NCBI GenBank assembly: GCA_002010065.2
Contig: MTMD02000014.1
Location: 1 to 64,000, forward strand
DNA: 64,000 nt
Reading direction: 5' to 3'
Source of the DNA: Candidatus Pyrohabitans jungbluthii
Lineage (GTDB): Archaea > Hydrothermarchaeota > Hydrothermarchaeia > Hydrothermarchaeales > BMS3B
Position 1 is the first letter of the stretch, and each line of letters begins with the position of its first letter. The notes beneath the pieces were generated by a model. It saw only the letters and a program-made list of their open reading frames with translations. It ran no database searches and was not told the origin of the DNA. The translations under genes were made by a program, and so were the position numbers. Shown one piece after another: positions 9,390 to 20,278 of this stretch.

Positions 9390-10448
9390 ATGCGCCCGGC
9401 TTTGCTTGTGCTCATCCTATTCCTGGGGTGCATTTCAACGCCAGATGAGACTGAAAGCAACGCTACCATGCAGGAGCCTGTAGCAGTGGCTGGGGTGGGG
9501 GATTACGTGGTGGGAGAGTACTCCCTACACGATTACGACCTATTCCTCATGAAGGAGAGATTTGAAGAGGTGCTGGGCGATGGAGAGGTTCTCCCTGGAA
9601 TAGAGGAAGCGTTGATAGGGATGAAGGTGGGTGAGTCCAAGGAAGTAGAACTCCCACCCGAGAAAGCCTTTGGTTTGAGGAACGCCAGCTTACTTCACTG
9701 GGAGCCTAGGGCATTCACGCTCCCAAAAAAAATTAACCTCTCCTGGGAGGAGTTTCGCGAAGCTTTTGGCTCAGCGCCTGAGGAGGGGGCAGCCTTTGAA
9801 AGGGGCTGGCTCAGAATGCGTGTTATTAAGGTGGGGCAGAGCCACGTGCTTCTGGAGCGTGAGCCCCTTTATAGCAAAGTCAATATCACCGGCGGGGTGA
9901 TACAGATTACCCAGAACGCAACCCACATAAACTACTTCTTCACTCCCAAGCTCAACCTCACAGTAATCGACGCCAAGGGCGAGTTTGTGACTTACCGCGA
10001 CGCCAACGCTACGCATGTGCTCGTGGATAGGAACCATCCCCTCGCAGGAAGGAGTTTAAGTGCAGAGGTTAAGCTTCTGAAGCTTGTTAAGAAGGAAGAG
10101 CTTGAAAAGATGCGCATCTCCTGGCGGGAGGATATTAGCGAAGCAATACGCGAGGCTGTGGGCACAGATAGGGTGGTTTTGGTATACTTCTACTCGCGAG
10201 ACTGCGAAGGGTGCGCAGCTATGGAGGAGGCTTTCCAGGATGCGAGGCTTCGCCTTCTCGCGGATGATTTAATCTTCGTAAGGCTCGACCTGGAGAGAGA
10301 GGCAAACCTGGCGGCAAGGTATGGTGTAGCGAGGGCACCCGCCATCGTAATCCTGAACAGCAGTGGCGAAACTCTTGCCAAACTTGAGGACGAACTTTCG
10401 GCTCAGGAGATTAAGCAGACCCTGCGAGAGCTGGGAGTTATTTTCTGA
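9390..10448 (+). CDS. Lipoprotein: SlyD-like FKBP peptidyl-prolyl isomerase fused to a thioredoxin domain
   Basis: Lipobox LFLGC; GIEEALIGMKVGE-x5-LPPEKAFG and NHPLAG; C-terminal FYSRDCEGC thioredoxin fold. Confidence 0.8.
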   Translation: MRPALLVLILFLGCISTPDETESNATMQEPVAVAGVGDYVVGEYSLHDYDLFLMKERFEEVLGDGEVLPGIEEALIGMKVGESKEVELPPEKAFGLRNASLLHWEPRAFTLPKKINLSWEEFREAFGSAPEEGAAFERGWLRMRVIKVGQSHVLLEREPLYSKVNITGGVIQITQNATHINYFFTPKLNLTVIDAKGEFVTYRDANATHVLVDRNHPLAGRSLSAEVKLLKLVKKEELEKMRISWREDISEAIREAVGTDRVVLVYFYSRDCEGCAAMEEAFQDARLRLLADDLIFVRLDLEREANLAARYGVARAPAIVILNSSGETLAKLEDELSAQEIKQTLRELGVIF

Positions 10449-11049
10449 GCACAGCCTCTATCTCCTTTTTGCTTATCTTCCCCTCCCTTAGTACTTCCCC
10501 GGTTTCAGGGTCGTAGATGGTTGATGGGACCCTCTCGGCGAGCTTTCCTGCGTCTATTACTAGGTCTACATCGCTTAGCTGAGCCATCGCCTCCTCTGCA
10601 GAAATTGGTGGAGCTTTTCCAGAGATGTTTGCGCTTGTAGCTACGACTGGCTTGCCTAGCGCCGCAATAATCTTCAGCGCAAGCTCATTCGCCGGGATGC
10701 GTACCGCCACCTTTGCCGAGCCAGAGGTTACAATGTCGGGAAGATTTTTCTTTTTTAGGAGCAGGGTAAGGGCACCTGGTAGCATGGCTCTGGCGAGCTT
10801 CTCCGCCTTTTCGTCGAGCTCGCAGTATTCCTGCATCATTTCAAGGCTGGCGACGGCTATTGGGAGAGGCTTTGAGAGAGAGCGGCGCTTTATCTCAAAC
10901 ACCCGCTTCACAGCCTCTGGATTGGTTGCATCGCAGCCAAGGGCGTAGAGCGTGTCGGTGGGGTATACCACAATCCCGCCTTTGCTAAGGATGCGCGCAG
11001 CCCTCTCAATCACGCCCTCTTCCTCTGCACTAATCACAAGCATGCTCAT
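10438..11049 (-). CDS. L-threonylcarbamoyladenylate synthase (Sua5/TsaC)
   Basis: YPTDTLYALG, IKRR, ATSANISG and PSTI motifs. Confidence 0.93.
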   Translation of the reverse strand: MSMLVISAEEEGVIERAARILSKGGIVVYPTDTLYALGCDATNPEAVKRVFEIKRRSLSKPLPIAVASLEMMQEYCELDEKAEKLARAMLPGALTLLLKKKNLPDIVTSGSAKVAVRIPANELALKIIAALGKPVVATSANISGKAPPISAEEAMAQLSDVDLVIDAGKLAERVPSTIYDPETGEVLREGKISKKEIEAVLRK

Positions 11050-11114
11050 TCATACCTCTTGCTATTGTTAACCGGAAAAAAGATAAATACGAGAGGTGTA
11101 ATTATCCTTCGCAA

Positions 11115-11188
11115 GGGCCGGTGGTCTAGTTGGTTATGACGCCAGTCTCACACACTGGAGGTCGGCGGTTCGAATCCGCCCCGGCCCA
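11115..11188 (+). tRNA. tRNA-Val(CAC)
   Basis: GGGCCGG/CCGGCCC acceptor stem; anticodon arm CCAGT-CTCACAC-ACTGG; TTCGAAT T-loop. Confidence 0.95.
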
Positions 11189-11334
11189 TCGCTTACAGTT
11201 CTGGAAAGTTTGATAAGTGGCTCATAACATGCCTTCCCTACTTCTGCCAACTTCTTACTAAATTTACTAAGGTGCTCGGGATTAGCCAAAGCTGCACCGG
11301 CAAACCTTAATATCAGTGAGGGAGATTTAGACCC

Positions 11335-12006
11335 ATGGAGCTAGTGGACCTAACATGGAAGGAGGTGGAAGAATATCTTAAGAAGAGGCAGGACATACTT
11401 CTTCCCGTTGGTGCGGTGGAGGAGCATGGGTATCACCTTCCTCTTTCTACGGACGGAGACATAGCAAGAGCGGTGTGCGCTGAGCTGAGCAGGAGAACCG
11501 GCGTCCTCGTCGCTCCAATAATCTGGTACGGATATTCCAAGTCGACGCGTGGGTATAGCGGCACAGTTATGGTGGGGAAGGATGAGTTAAAGAATTATAT
11601 TCGCAGCATACTCGAAGGCTTCGCGGAGAGCGGCTTCAGGGTAGTTTACATTGTATCTGGTCACTTCAGCAATGACCACCTGCGTGCCATTGAGGATGCT
11701 GCAGAGGAAGTTAGAGAGATTAAAGCCAAGCTCCTCGATTTTTCAAATCTTGATTTCTCAGACATCCTGGAGAGTGAGCCCCTACACGCTTGCGAGGCAG
11801 AAACCTCTTTAATGCTCTTCCTGCATCCTGATAAGGTGCAAATGGACAAGGCGAAAGACGAAGAGATTGCTTACGAAGGAGACATGCTCAGAAAAACTCA
11901 AAGCGGGGTTTTTGGGACCCCCTCTTTAGCCACGAGGGAAAAAGGTAGACTGCTTTTTGAGCGAATAATTTCGGAGCTTGGAAAACAGGTGCAATTTTAT
12001 TACTAG
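11335..12006 (+). CDS. Creatininase/amidohydrolase family protein
   Basis: LPVGAVEEHGYHLPLSTD, SGH and HAC-x-x-ETS motifs. Confidence 0.9.
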   Translation: MELVDLTWKEVEEYLKKRQDILLPVGAVEEHGYHLPLSTDGDIARAVCAELSRRTGVLVAPIIWYGYSKSTRGYSGTVMVGKDELKNYIRSILEGFAESGFRVVYIVSGHFSNDHLRAIEDAAEEVREIKAKLLDFSNLDFSDILESEPLHACEAETSLMLFLHPDKVQMDKAKDEEIAYEGDMLRKTQSGVFGTPSLATREKGRLLFERIISELGKQVQFYY

Positions 12007-12012
12007 AGTATC

Positions 12013-12030
12013 ACGGGCCTGCCGGGATTT
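12013..12030. repeat. att-like copy of the tRNA-Arg 3' end
   Basis: ACGGGCCTGCCGGGATTT, identical to 15554-15571. Confidence 0.85.
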
Positions 12031-12249
12031 ATACCAGTTTGGGTATAGGTCCACGACTTAAAGCCCCACAATGCAAACGATTTTGTTTAACTTACTCACA
12101 TTTGATTGGGTAAATTCTCCGTATCTCTCTTTTTTAATTTCAAACATGTGGATATATAACTTTCGTTCGTTTGCGCTCATTTTAATCTCCTCGGGAACTC
12201 TTGAGCAGATTAAGAGCACAGATTGGACCTTGCATTAATCAAGAATAAA

Positions 12250-12680
12250 CTAAACCCCTCTCCTCTCCATGTACTCTTCTATTCTAACCATAAACTCCTC
12301 CACATCTCCAAGGCTGTCCTCCACAATATTCATGATATACCTCATATCAGCCTCCCAATACCTGTGGATAAGAAGATTCCTGAACCTTGCCATCTTTGCA
12401 AGCTTCTCTGCCAGCTCTTTGGGGATAACCTCATGCTTTCCCAGCGTTATGAACATCTCTGCATACTCCTCAGCCCTCTCAAACCTCTCCGCTGAGATTA
12501 TGTGGTTGGCGATGTCTATGCAGGTTCCACTATCTCAAAAAGAGAGAATTTCAAAGCCTGAGAATCCTTATAACTTGCCTCTATCTCCTCCGGAGGCATG
12601 CCCGAATAGTTTTCCTGAATAAATTTGAGATTTCTCTCAATAATGTCAAACTTCGCCTCTATTATGTCTCTGTCTATCAT
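12250..12680 (-). pseudogene. HepT (DUF86/HEPN) toxin, frameshifted
   Basis: MIDRDIIEAKFDIIERNL...LFEIVE, then a frameshift near 12523-12527 into CIDIANHII...RFRNLLIHRY (HEPN R-x4-H-x-Y). Confidence 0.8.
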
Positions 12681-13063
12681 GCTCTGAGCCTCATTCTGTC
12701 GTACTCCCTGTAGTGAGGAAGGAAGTCAATATAAGCTTTGGTAACATGGGTTTCAAAAGCAACCCTGGCTCTCTCATCCCTGGAAAAGATAAGCTGTCCG
12801 TACCTCAAAACCTGGTTGAGAAACCTCAGGGGTTTTTTATTTAGAACCACCACCTCCACTCTTCTTAAATTGCACCCCCTCTCAATCTCCATGGCAATTT
12901 CTATCTCATAAAACGCTCCGGGTTTGAAATCTTCCAGTAGAAAAATTCCTATATCTATATCGCTTTCTATTCCAGCCTCGCCTCTGGCTACAGAGCCGTA
13001 GAGGTAGGCAAAGAGTATCTCGCTGTGCTTTTCCAGCACCCTGGCGATTCTGTCCAACTCCAT
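12677..13063 (-). CDS. MntA-type minimal nucleotidyltransferase antitoxin
   Basis: YLYGSVARGEAGIESDIDIGI (GS-x10-D-x-D); overlaps the hepT start. Likely start is MELDRIA. Confidence 0.88.
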   Translation of the reverse strand: MELDRIARVLEKHSEILFAYLYGSVARGEAGIESDIDIGIFLLEDFKPGAFYEIEIAMEIERGCNLRRVEVVVLNKKPLRFLNQVLRYGQLIFSRDERARVAFETHVTKAYIDFLPHYREYDRMRLRA

Positions 13064-13073
13064 ATTTACGTTC

Positions 13074-13430
13074 TTGTATAGAAGAAATAAAAAGATTGCC
13101 TTCTTCCAGTTTTTTTCGAGGTACTTTGGTCTGATGAAGGGCGCTGAGTGGACTCTGCATGAAAGGGCAGGGAATGATTTCGACCAAGCTAATGTGTTGG
13201 TTGAGCTGTTAAGGGCTTCTGGCATACCTGCCTACTTTGTCTACGGCACGGTGGAGATGCCTGTGGAGAGGGCGAGGGCTTGGCTTGATGTTAAAGATGC
13301 AAACGAGGTAATAGAAGCTTTTCAGAGGAATGGTATTCCAGCCAGGCTGGAAGGGGATAATATAATCTTTGAGCACGTATGGGTGGAGGCGTACATTCCC
13401 TTTGTGGAAAGGGAATTCTTCAGGTTCTAA
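13074..13430 (+). pseudogene. Fragment of a large transglutaminase-like domain protein
   Basis: YFGLMKGA-x-x-TL-x-E-x-AGNDFDQA...LLRASGIPA-x-FV-x-GT...EHVWVEAY; appears truncated at both ends. Confidence 0.65.
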
Positions 13431-13542
13431 ACAAACCATAGAGCAGCTCGCTCATGGGGACTCCTCTTTTACACGATACAGCATATATTTAAGTGGTGAA
13501 AGAACCGATAATTAACATGCTAGGATAGAAGAGGGGAAAGTT

Positions 13543-13731
13543 ATGCAGGAGAATATTCATGCGGAGATGGAAGAAATCAAAAAAGAGATCCAGAACCTTA
13601 AGATTCTGCTCATGAAGGCCGAACGGAAACCAAAGCGGGTTATAAAGTTAAAGGGGATGTTAAAGGGCATAGAAGTAAGCGAGGGTGATATCCAGAAGGC
13701 TAAAAAGTCCCTCTTTAAATTCGGTGCTTAG
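13543..13731 (+). CDS. Putative VapB-type antitoxin
   Basis: 62 aa, abuts the PIN gene, LKGMLKG motif. Confidence 0.7.
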   Translation: MQENIHAEMEEIKKEIQNLKILLMKAERKPKRVIKLKGMLKGIEVSEGDIQKAKKSLFKFGA

Positions 13732-14118
13732 ATGTACGTAACCGATACCCACGGGTTGATATGGTTTTTGACAGAGGACAGGAAGTTGGGTAAAAAGGCG
13801 GAGGAGATATTCTTATCTGCCGATAGAGGCGATGCTACTGTTGTAATTCCTTCTATTGTTCTATTAGAAATTTTGCACATCTGCGAGAAACAAAATGCAA
13901 AGCTCAAATTTAAGCAAATTTTCGATATGGTTCAAAACTCATTAAATTATCCTGTATATCCATTAGATATGGATGTTGTTGAAGTTTGCCAGAATATAAA
14001 AGAGACCCTCAGCCTGCACGACAGGGTAATAGTTGCAACCGCCAAGCTCTTAAACGCCAAGCTCATAACAAAGGATAAAGAAATCATAAAGTCCGGGTTA
14101 GTGGAGGTTGTGTGGTAA
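13732..14118 (+). CDS. VapC/PIN domain toxin
   Basis: YVTDTH, VLLE, LHDRVIVATA and ITKD: the acidic PIN residues are present. Confidence 0.9.
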   Translation: MYVTDTHGLIWFLTEDRKLGKKAEEIFLSADRGDATVVIPSIVLLEILHICEKQNAKLKFKQIFDMVQNSLNYPVYPLDMDVVEVCQNIKETLSLHDRVIVATAKLLNAKLITKDKEIIKSGLVEVVW

Positions 14119-14217
14119 TTCAATGCAAAAAATAATTGCTTGTGTCCCTATCGAGCTCTACGGAAGGATGCCTACCTGACAATGATGCACAATGGTATAG
14201 TTGCGAGCTAGGGATAG

Positions 14218-14430
14218 GTGGAAGGGATGTTAACAGAGAATGCCATACGTGAGATTGTAAGGGAAGAGGTGAGGTCTGCCTTAAATGATGCCATGGAAAA
14301 GTTATTCGTTAGACTGAAATTTGAAATGCTACCCTACGTTTCTGATGAAGAGCAGAGAGAAATTGAAGAAGCTTTTGGAGAAGAACCACCAGAAATAGAC
14401 GAGAAGGATTTTATAACAAGGGAATTGTGA
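14218..14430 (+). CDS. Putative RelB-like antitoxin
   Basis: Small acidic protein (LPYVSDEEQREIEE) directly upstream of the relE-like gene. Confidence 0.7.
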   Translation: MEGMLTENAIREIVREEVRSALNDAMEKLFVRLKFEMLPYVSDEEQREIEEAFGEEPPEIDEKDFITREL

Positions 14431-14434
14431 CCAC

Positions 14435-14692
14435 ATGACGGGATGGAAGGTAAAGTATCACAGGGATGCCTAGAAGTTTTTACATAAAGAGAATTTCTTA
14501 GAGGCGTTTGAGGAAGTATTGAAGGATTTTATTTATAAATCCAGAAAAGTAGAAATAAAAAAGCTAAAAGGTAGATGGAAAGGGAAATATAGGCTAAGAA
14601 TAGGGAATATTAGAGTCGTTTTTGATATAAATTATGATGAGAGGACAATTTATATCGTTAGAGCAGGATACAGAGGAGATGTGTATAAATAA
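14435..14692 (+). pseudogene. RelE/ParE family toxin with an in-frame TAG at codon 13
   Basis: MTGWKVKYHRDA*KFL...IKKLKGRWKGKYRLRIGNIRVVF...RGDVYK; TAG at 14471-14473. Confidence 0.85.
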
Positions 14693-14846
14693 TAGCCATC
14701 ACTTGGTTGGGATGTCGTGAAGACAGCAAAAGTTTGGCCGGACGAAAACACCAGTGAGGCATAAAAAGCTGAGGTTCCGGAGAAGTATGTGCACGCGGTC
14801 TCTGTTGAGCTGTATGGAAGTGATTCTCTGGTGTGGGTCTAAAAAT

Positions 14847-15323
14847 TTATGACAGGCGTTCTTTCAAAACGCCTATCAAAATAATCGCTAAAATTATGCC
14901 AAACGCTATTGCAGTATCAGTGAATCCGTAATAGGCGATATCCCGTATTATTATAGATACGAAAAACAGTACAACGTCAACTATAAGCCATGCTAGCAGT
15001 ACCTTCCAAAATAATTTACTCCATTTATCATAGAACCCAGTAAAATACTCATATACAGATACCATCCACAACGCGATAGGTAGTAAAAATATCATTATCC
15101 AAGTAATAAATGGCCATTGTGCAGGGGTCCAGCCGGTAGGTGGGGGCTGCGTTATTATATACCATATAAATTCTAGTGGGTCTTTCCAGGGAGCAGGAGC
15201 ATCTTCAATAATAATATTCATACCTACAAGAACCGCAATTAATATGGACATAAGCATAGCCACAAATGTTAACTGAATAACTTCCTTCCGCTTTTTTCTT
15301 TTAACTTCCTCCTTACTTTCCAT
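14847..15323 (-). CDS. Hypothetical 4-TM membrane protein, paralog of 61213-61503
   Basis: ORF with four hydrophobic segments, AT-rich; N-terminus KEEVKRKKRKEVIQ. Confidence 0.7.
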   Translation of the reverse strand: MESKEEVKRKKRKEVIQLTFVAMLMSILIAVLVGMNIIIEDAPAPWKDPLEFIWYIITQPPPTGWTPAQWPFITWIMIFLLPIALWMVSVYEYFTGFYDKWSKLFWKVLLAWLIVDVVLFFVSIIIRDIAYYGFTDTAIAFGIILAIILIGVLKERLS

Positions 15324-15554
15324 TTTACATCCCCAATGATTTGCTTCTATTTCTCCACCACTCCTCTACCAAATTATTTTTGCGACCAAACTTTTTAAAT
15401 ATTTTCTTCTATAGGTTAGCTAAATTTCAATTTGTTGCATAGGCATACTTGAGTCTAATTATTAAACTAAAAAGTTATAAATTACCAAAAAATATAGCAA
15501 AAATGCAATAAATAGATTAAAAGGTTGAAAAAGGCTGTTTACAATGACCAATTA

Positions 15555-15628
15555 CGGGCCTGCCGGGATTTGAACCCGGGTTTAGAGCTCCGGAGGCTCC
15601 CGTCCTATCCTGGCTAGACTACAGGCCC
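15555..15628 (-). tRNA. tRNA-Arg(CCG)
   Basis: GGGCCTG/CAGGCCC acceptor stem; anticodon arm GGAGC-CTCCGGA-GCTCT; TTCAAAT T-loop. Confidence 0.95.
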
Positions 15629-15644
15629 AGGAAATAAGCGCAGG

Positions 15645-16412
15645 CTAACCTTGTTCAAACCAGCTAAAAAGCTCAGGGTGGGCATCTTCAAGCACTGGAA
15701 AGCTGCTCCTCACCCTGGCGACTTCCTCTATGCTGAACTCCACCTCGAGCAAAGTTTCGTCGCTACCCGCCCTGGCGAGAACCTCGCCCCACGGTGATAT
15801 AACGGCGCTTCCGCCCGCGTAGGAGTTGTGCTCGTCCTTACCCACGCGGTTGCATGCAAGCATAAAGCATTGATTCTCTATCGCTCTGGCTCTAACAAGG
15901 ACATCGAAGTGCTCTTGGCGCGGTGCTGGAAATTCGGCGCTCAGGAGAAACACCTCACTTCCAAGCAAAGTCAAACGCCGGAAAAGCTCAGGGAAGCGCA
16001 CGTCGTAGCACGTTGCTAGGCCAAAGGTTGTGTCTCTCGCTCTCGCTACCACCGCCTTCTCACCTGAGGTGAAGTAGCGCTTCTCCTCGCCAAAGAGGTG
16101 GAGCTTGCGGTATGTGGCGATTACTCCGCTTCCGCTCAAAAGAACAAAGGTGTTGTAAAGCTTACCGCCATCGTTTTCCAGAAGCGTTCCGGCGATAAGC
16201 CTCTTGCCTGCGAGTTCGCAAAGCTTATGCACTGTTTCGCCGTTCAGCGGTTCAGCGAGCTTTTTGAGCCTGGGAAAGTCAAAGCCGGTGGTGAAAAGCT
16301 CCGGGAAGAGCACCAGCTCTGCTCTTGTGCGGGAGAGTGCCTCCTCCACCTTGGTGAGGTTTGCCTCCTTATCGCCCAGGGCTATATCCAGCTGTGCAAC
16401 TGCAATGCGCAT
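15645..16412 (-). CDS. Carbon-nitrogen hydrolase (nitrilase superfamily)
   Basis: FPE, YRKLHLF and TCYDVRFPE (E-K-C triad). Confidence 0.92.
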   Translation of the reverse strand: MRIAVAQLDIALGDKEANLTKVEEALSRTRAELVLFPELFTTGFDFPRLKKLAEPLNGETVHKLCELAGKRLIAGTLLENDGGKLYNTFVLLSGSGVIATYRKLHLFGEEKRYFTSGEKAVVARARDTTFGLATCYDVRFPELFRRLTLLGSEVFLLSAEFPAPRQEHFDVLVRARAIENQCFMLACNRVGKDEHNSYAGGSAVISPWGEVLARAGSDETLLEVEFSIEEVARVRSSFPVLEDAHPELFSWFEQG

Positions 16413-16413
16413 C

Positions 16414-17298
16414 TCAGAAAAGCTCTCTCAGGTAAATCTTGTGCTTTCCAAGATTGCCGCCATAGTTGCCAGCTGTAATTCTGCGCACGCCTTCCACCTG
16501 CGTAGCTGCCTCTATACCTAAGCGCATCGCCTCAGCCACGGCGTCGACGCTAACTCCGTCGATTACCACCTCAATCACAGCATTCACGCTGGCATCTAAG
16601 GCTGAGTCTTCAACCTTATCCTTGAGCGTGGGGCAAAAGCGCTCATTGGTAGTGGCGTGCATAAATTTATACTTCTTGGAGCCCACCTTTGAGCCGCTGG
16701 CTACGACGCCACCCGGGAATGGAGTTATAGTTCCCTCCTGCTCTGCAATTGCCTCCACGGCACGTTCAGCCGCGGCTAAGGCGCTCTCTGCACTTGAGGC
16801 GAGGATTATGAAGTTTCCGCCGGCGACGCCCTTGGCGATGGTCAAATTCCTCTCTATCATAAACTCCCCCATCATTATGGGCACCGCCACCATCTCCCTC
16901 TCAAAGGCGCTTCGAACCTCCTCGTAGCCGTCGCCGAAGTATTTGAGCTTGTAGCCCACGTCCACAGGCTCGCCCTCGCCCAGGCTGAACACCCTCGTTG
17001 TGGGAGCGGTAAGCACACACTGCCCTATGCGTTTAATCAGCTCCATGGGTAACTTCTTTTTTGGTGCGAATACCTGCACTGCGCAGCCAGGACGGGAGTC
17101 GGGTGTCTCGCTGGGCGAAAGAATGCGCTCTATCCCCGCCTCTGCGGTGCACGCTATAAGTGAGGTTCCAAACCCGGTAGCCTCAGTAGCGGCGATGTGC
17201 GCCCACTTCTCGTTCACGGCGGTTATTATAAACCTGGAATACCAGCTGTCAAATGCCTCCGCGAAGGTATCCTCCACCTCAACGCCGTTAACCTTCAT
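16414..17298 (-). CDS. ftr: Formylmethanofuran:tetrahydromethanopterin formyltransferase
   Basis: DTFAEAF, RIGQCVLTAPT, GVAGGN, SGSKVGS and AGNYGG motifs. Confidence 0.96.
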   Translation of the reverse strand: MKVNGVEVEDTFAEAFDSWYSRFIITAVNEKWAHIAATEATGFGTSLIACTAEAGIERILSPSETPDSRPGCAVQVFAPKKKLPMELIKRIGQCVLTAPTTRVFSLGEGEPVDVGYKLKYFGDGYEEVRSAFEREMVAVPIMMGEFMIERNLTIAKGVAGGNFIILASSAESALAAAERAVEAIAEQEGTITPFPGGVVASGSKVGSKKYKFMHATTNERFCPTLKDKVEDSALDASVNAVIEVVIDGVSVDAVAEAMRLGIEAATQVEGVRRITAGNYGGNLGKHKIYLRELF

Positions 17299-17423
17299 GT
17301 CCTCACCGTTTTATCATTTTTAATCATGATTTATATGGTTTGTGTTAAGGTTATGGGTATAATATTTAGGCATAATTTTGCCCGAATCCATGAAAATAAA
17401 AAAAGAAAATTTAAGCTGCGCGC

Positions 17424-18710
<1,287 letters not shown>

Positions 18711-18713
18711 CTA

Positions 18714-19502
18714 CTATAAAAGGCTATTCCTGTAGTTTTCTGTGGCGTCGATTAGGCCGTTTTCCAGGAAGTAATCCCTCAGGCTTACGACTTTTTTCAG
18801 GGAGGTCATCTTATCCAGCTCCCGCTTCGCCTCCTCAGGCGAAGCTTCGACGTAGCGCATCTTCTCTATAAAGATGTCCCTCAGCTTCGCCGCATCCCCC
18901 TCGCTCTCAAGCAGCGATGCTAGGGTCAGGTAGTGCTCTCTAATAACCCCTGCCAGTCTCAGCCCTTCTTTTCCCAGCTTGAAAAACTCGCTGTCAGCCT
19001 CGCCTTTTAAGCCAGGGCACTCATCGCTGTGGTGCCTGAAGTCTATCCTCTTCGCTGGTATGTCTATGTTGGCGTAGTAGGGGTAGAGTCGGCATGTGGC
19101 TGGCTTCACCTCATGAATAAAGCACTCCCTGCTCAGAGGGTTGAAGAAGATGCACCTGCCGGAGTCCTGGAAAGTTTTCAGGATGTAATACTCTACAAAG
19201 TAATTCTGGGAGTCGAAGCTCCTTCCCACAGAGAAGAAGAAGTCGCTGAGCAGGTGCCTGAACTCATCGGCAAACTCAGCCTCGCCTATAAGCTCGGGCA
19301 TCCCAGCAAAGGTCAGGTAGTCCCACGCAAATTCTTCAAACTTTTGCTTTTCTATACCCTCAAGGAAGCGCTGGATTGCTGAGACCTCCTGAAAAAACAG
19401 CCTTATACCTATTTTCCTGCTGCTACCAAAGCAGCATCTGCCGCACCGCTGGCATTCAAAGCCACTATCTATTGCTGTAAAGTCGAGATTTATCTCCTTC
19501 AC
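18714..19502 (-). CDS. YkgJ/CxxCxxCC family cysteine-cluster protein
   Basis: FECQRCGRCC...CIFF...CFIHEVKPATCRLYP...CPG; GTG start after GGAGG. Confidence 0.8.
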   Translation of the reverse strand: MKEINLDFTAIDSGFECQRCGRCCFGSSRKIGIRLFFQEVSAIQRFLEGIEKQKFEEFAWDYLTFAGMPELIGEAEFADEFRHLLSDFFFSVGRSFDSQNYFVEYYILKTFQDSGRCIFFNPLSRECFIHEVKPATCRLYPYYANIDIPAKRIDFRHHSDECPGLKGEADSEFFKLGKEGLRLAGVIREHYLTLASLLESEGDAAKLRDIFIEKMRYVEASPEEAKRELDKMTSLKKVVSLRDYFLENGLIDATENYRNSLL

Positions 19503-19747
19503 ACTCTGCCTCCACAGGAGAGGGATAGAGCAGGCGAATGCTCTAACAAGAGGAGATAATATGGTATTGCGCATTTGTGCACTCGCGCACAATTTCGTCA
19601 GGTTTATATGTTATAATCTTTTTGCACATAATCAGCCTATGGGTAGCCAGCCCTTTCTTATGCTCCCATAGGCACCTCCTCTATATCCCCCTCTCTATCC
19701 CCCTAAATTATTTATTTGCGTTTTGTGGTATTTATTCCGGTGGTTTA

Positions 19748-20167
19748 ATGCAGAGGGTACTTAGGGATACCAAGGTTAGGGATGTCATGACGCGGGGTGT
19801 AATAACCGTAAAGTTCAATGAGCCGATAAAAAATGTGCTCGCAACCATGGTGGAGAATGATGTTTCAGCTGTGGTTGTGGTGGATGACCAGAACGAAGCC
19901 ATGGGGGTAATTTCCACTGTGGATGTGCTGAAAGAGCTCAAGAATAGAAGCGAAAAGGAAATTGAGGAGATGGAGGCAGAGGAGCTTATGACCCCCTTCA
20001 CAGTCTCAATAAGCCCAGAAAGCTCTCTGCAGGAGGCGGCTGAGCTGATGATAGAGAAAAGGATACACCGCCTGGTGGTGCTCCACGGCGGGCATATCGC
20101 AGGCGAGATGCCTGTGGGTATACTCTCGGCGACAGATGTGCTGAGGGTGCTCCACAAAAATTTATAA
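19748..20167 (+). CDS. Tandem CBS domain protein
   Basis: VRDVMT, IHRLVV and GILSATDVL; paralog of 58493-58924. Confidence 0.9.
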   Translation: MQRVLRDTKVRDVMTRGVITVKFNEPIKNVLATMVENDVSAVVVVDDQNEAMGVISTVDVLKELKNRSEKEIEEMEAEELMTPFTVSISPESSLQEAAELMIEKRIHRLVVLHGGHIAGEMPVGILSATDVLRVLHKNL

Positions 20168-20205
20168 AAGGTTATAAGACGGTATATTTGCGTGTTGCTT
20201 TACCC

Positions 20206-20278
20206 GGGCCGGTGGTCTAGGGGTTATGACGTCACGCTTACAACGTGAAGGTCGGCGGTTCGAATCCGCCCCGGCCCA
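20206..20278 (+). tRNA. tRNA-Val(TAC)
   Basis: Anticodon arm TCACG-CTTACAA-CGTGA; 3' half identical to tRNA-Val(CAC). Confidence 0.95.

Larger units (their letters stand above)
12013..15571. mobile_element. Decayed island integrated at the tRNA-Arg(CCG) 3' end
   Basis: Bounded by an 18-bp direct repeat; lower GC than the flanks; carries TA modules and pseudogenes; no integrase seen. Confidence 0.75.

Noticed and set aside
14471-14473. In-frame TAG in relE read as pyrrolysine or readthrough
   Set aside because: Core genes here (rpl39e, rpl31e, ftsY, tatA) end in TAG, no pyl genes are in the window, and the neighbouring toxin is also broken. A nonsense mutation is the simpler reading.
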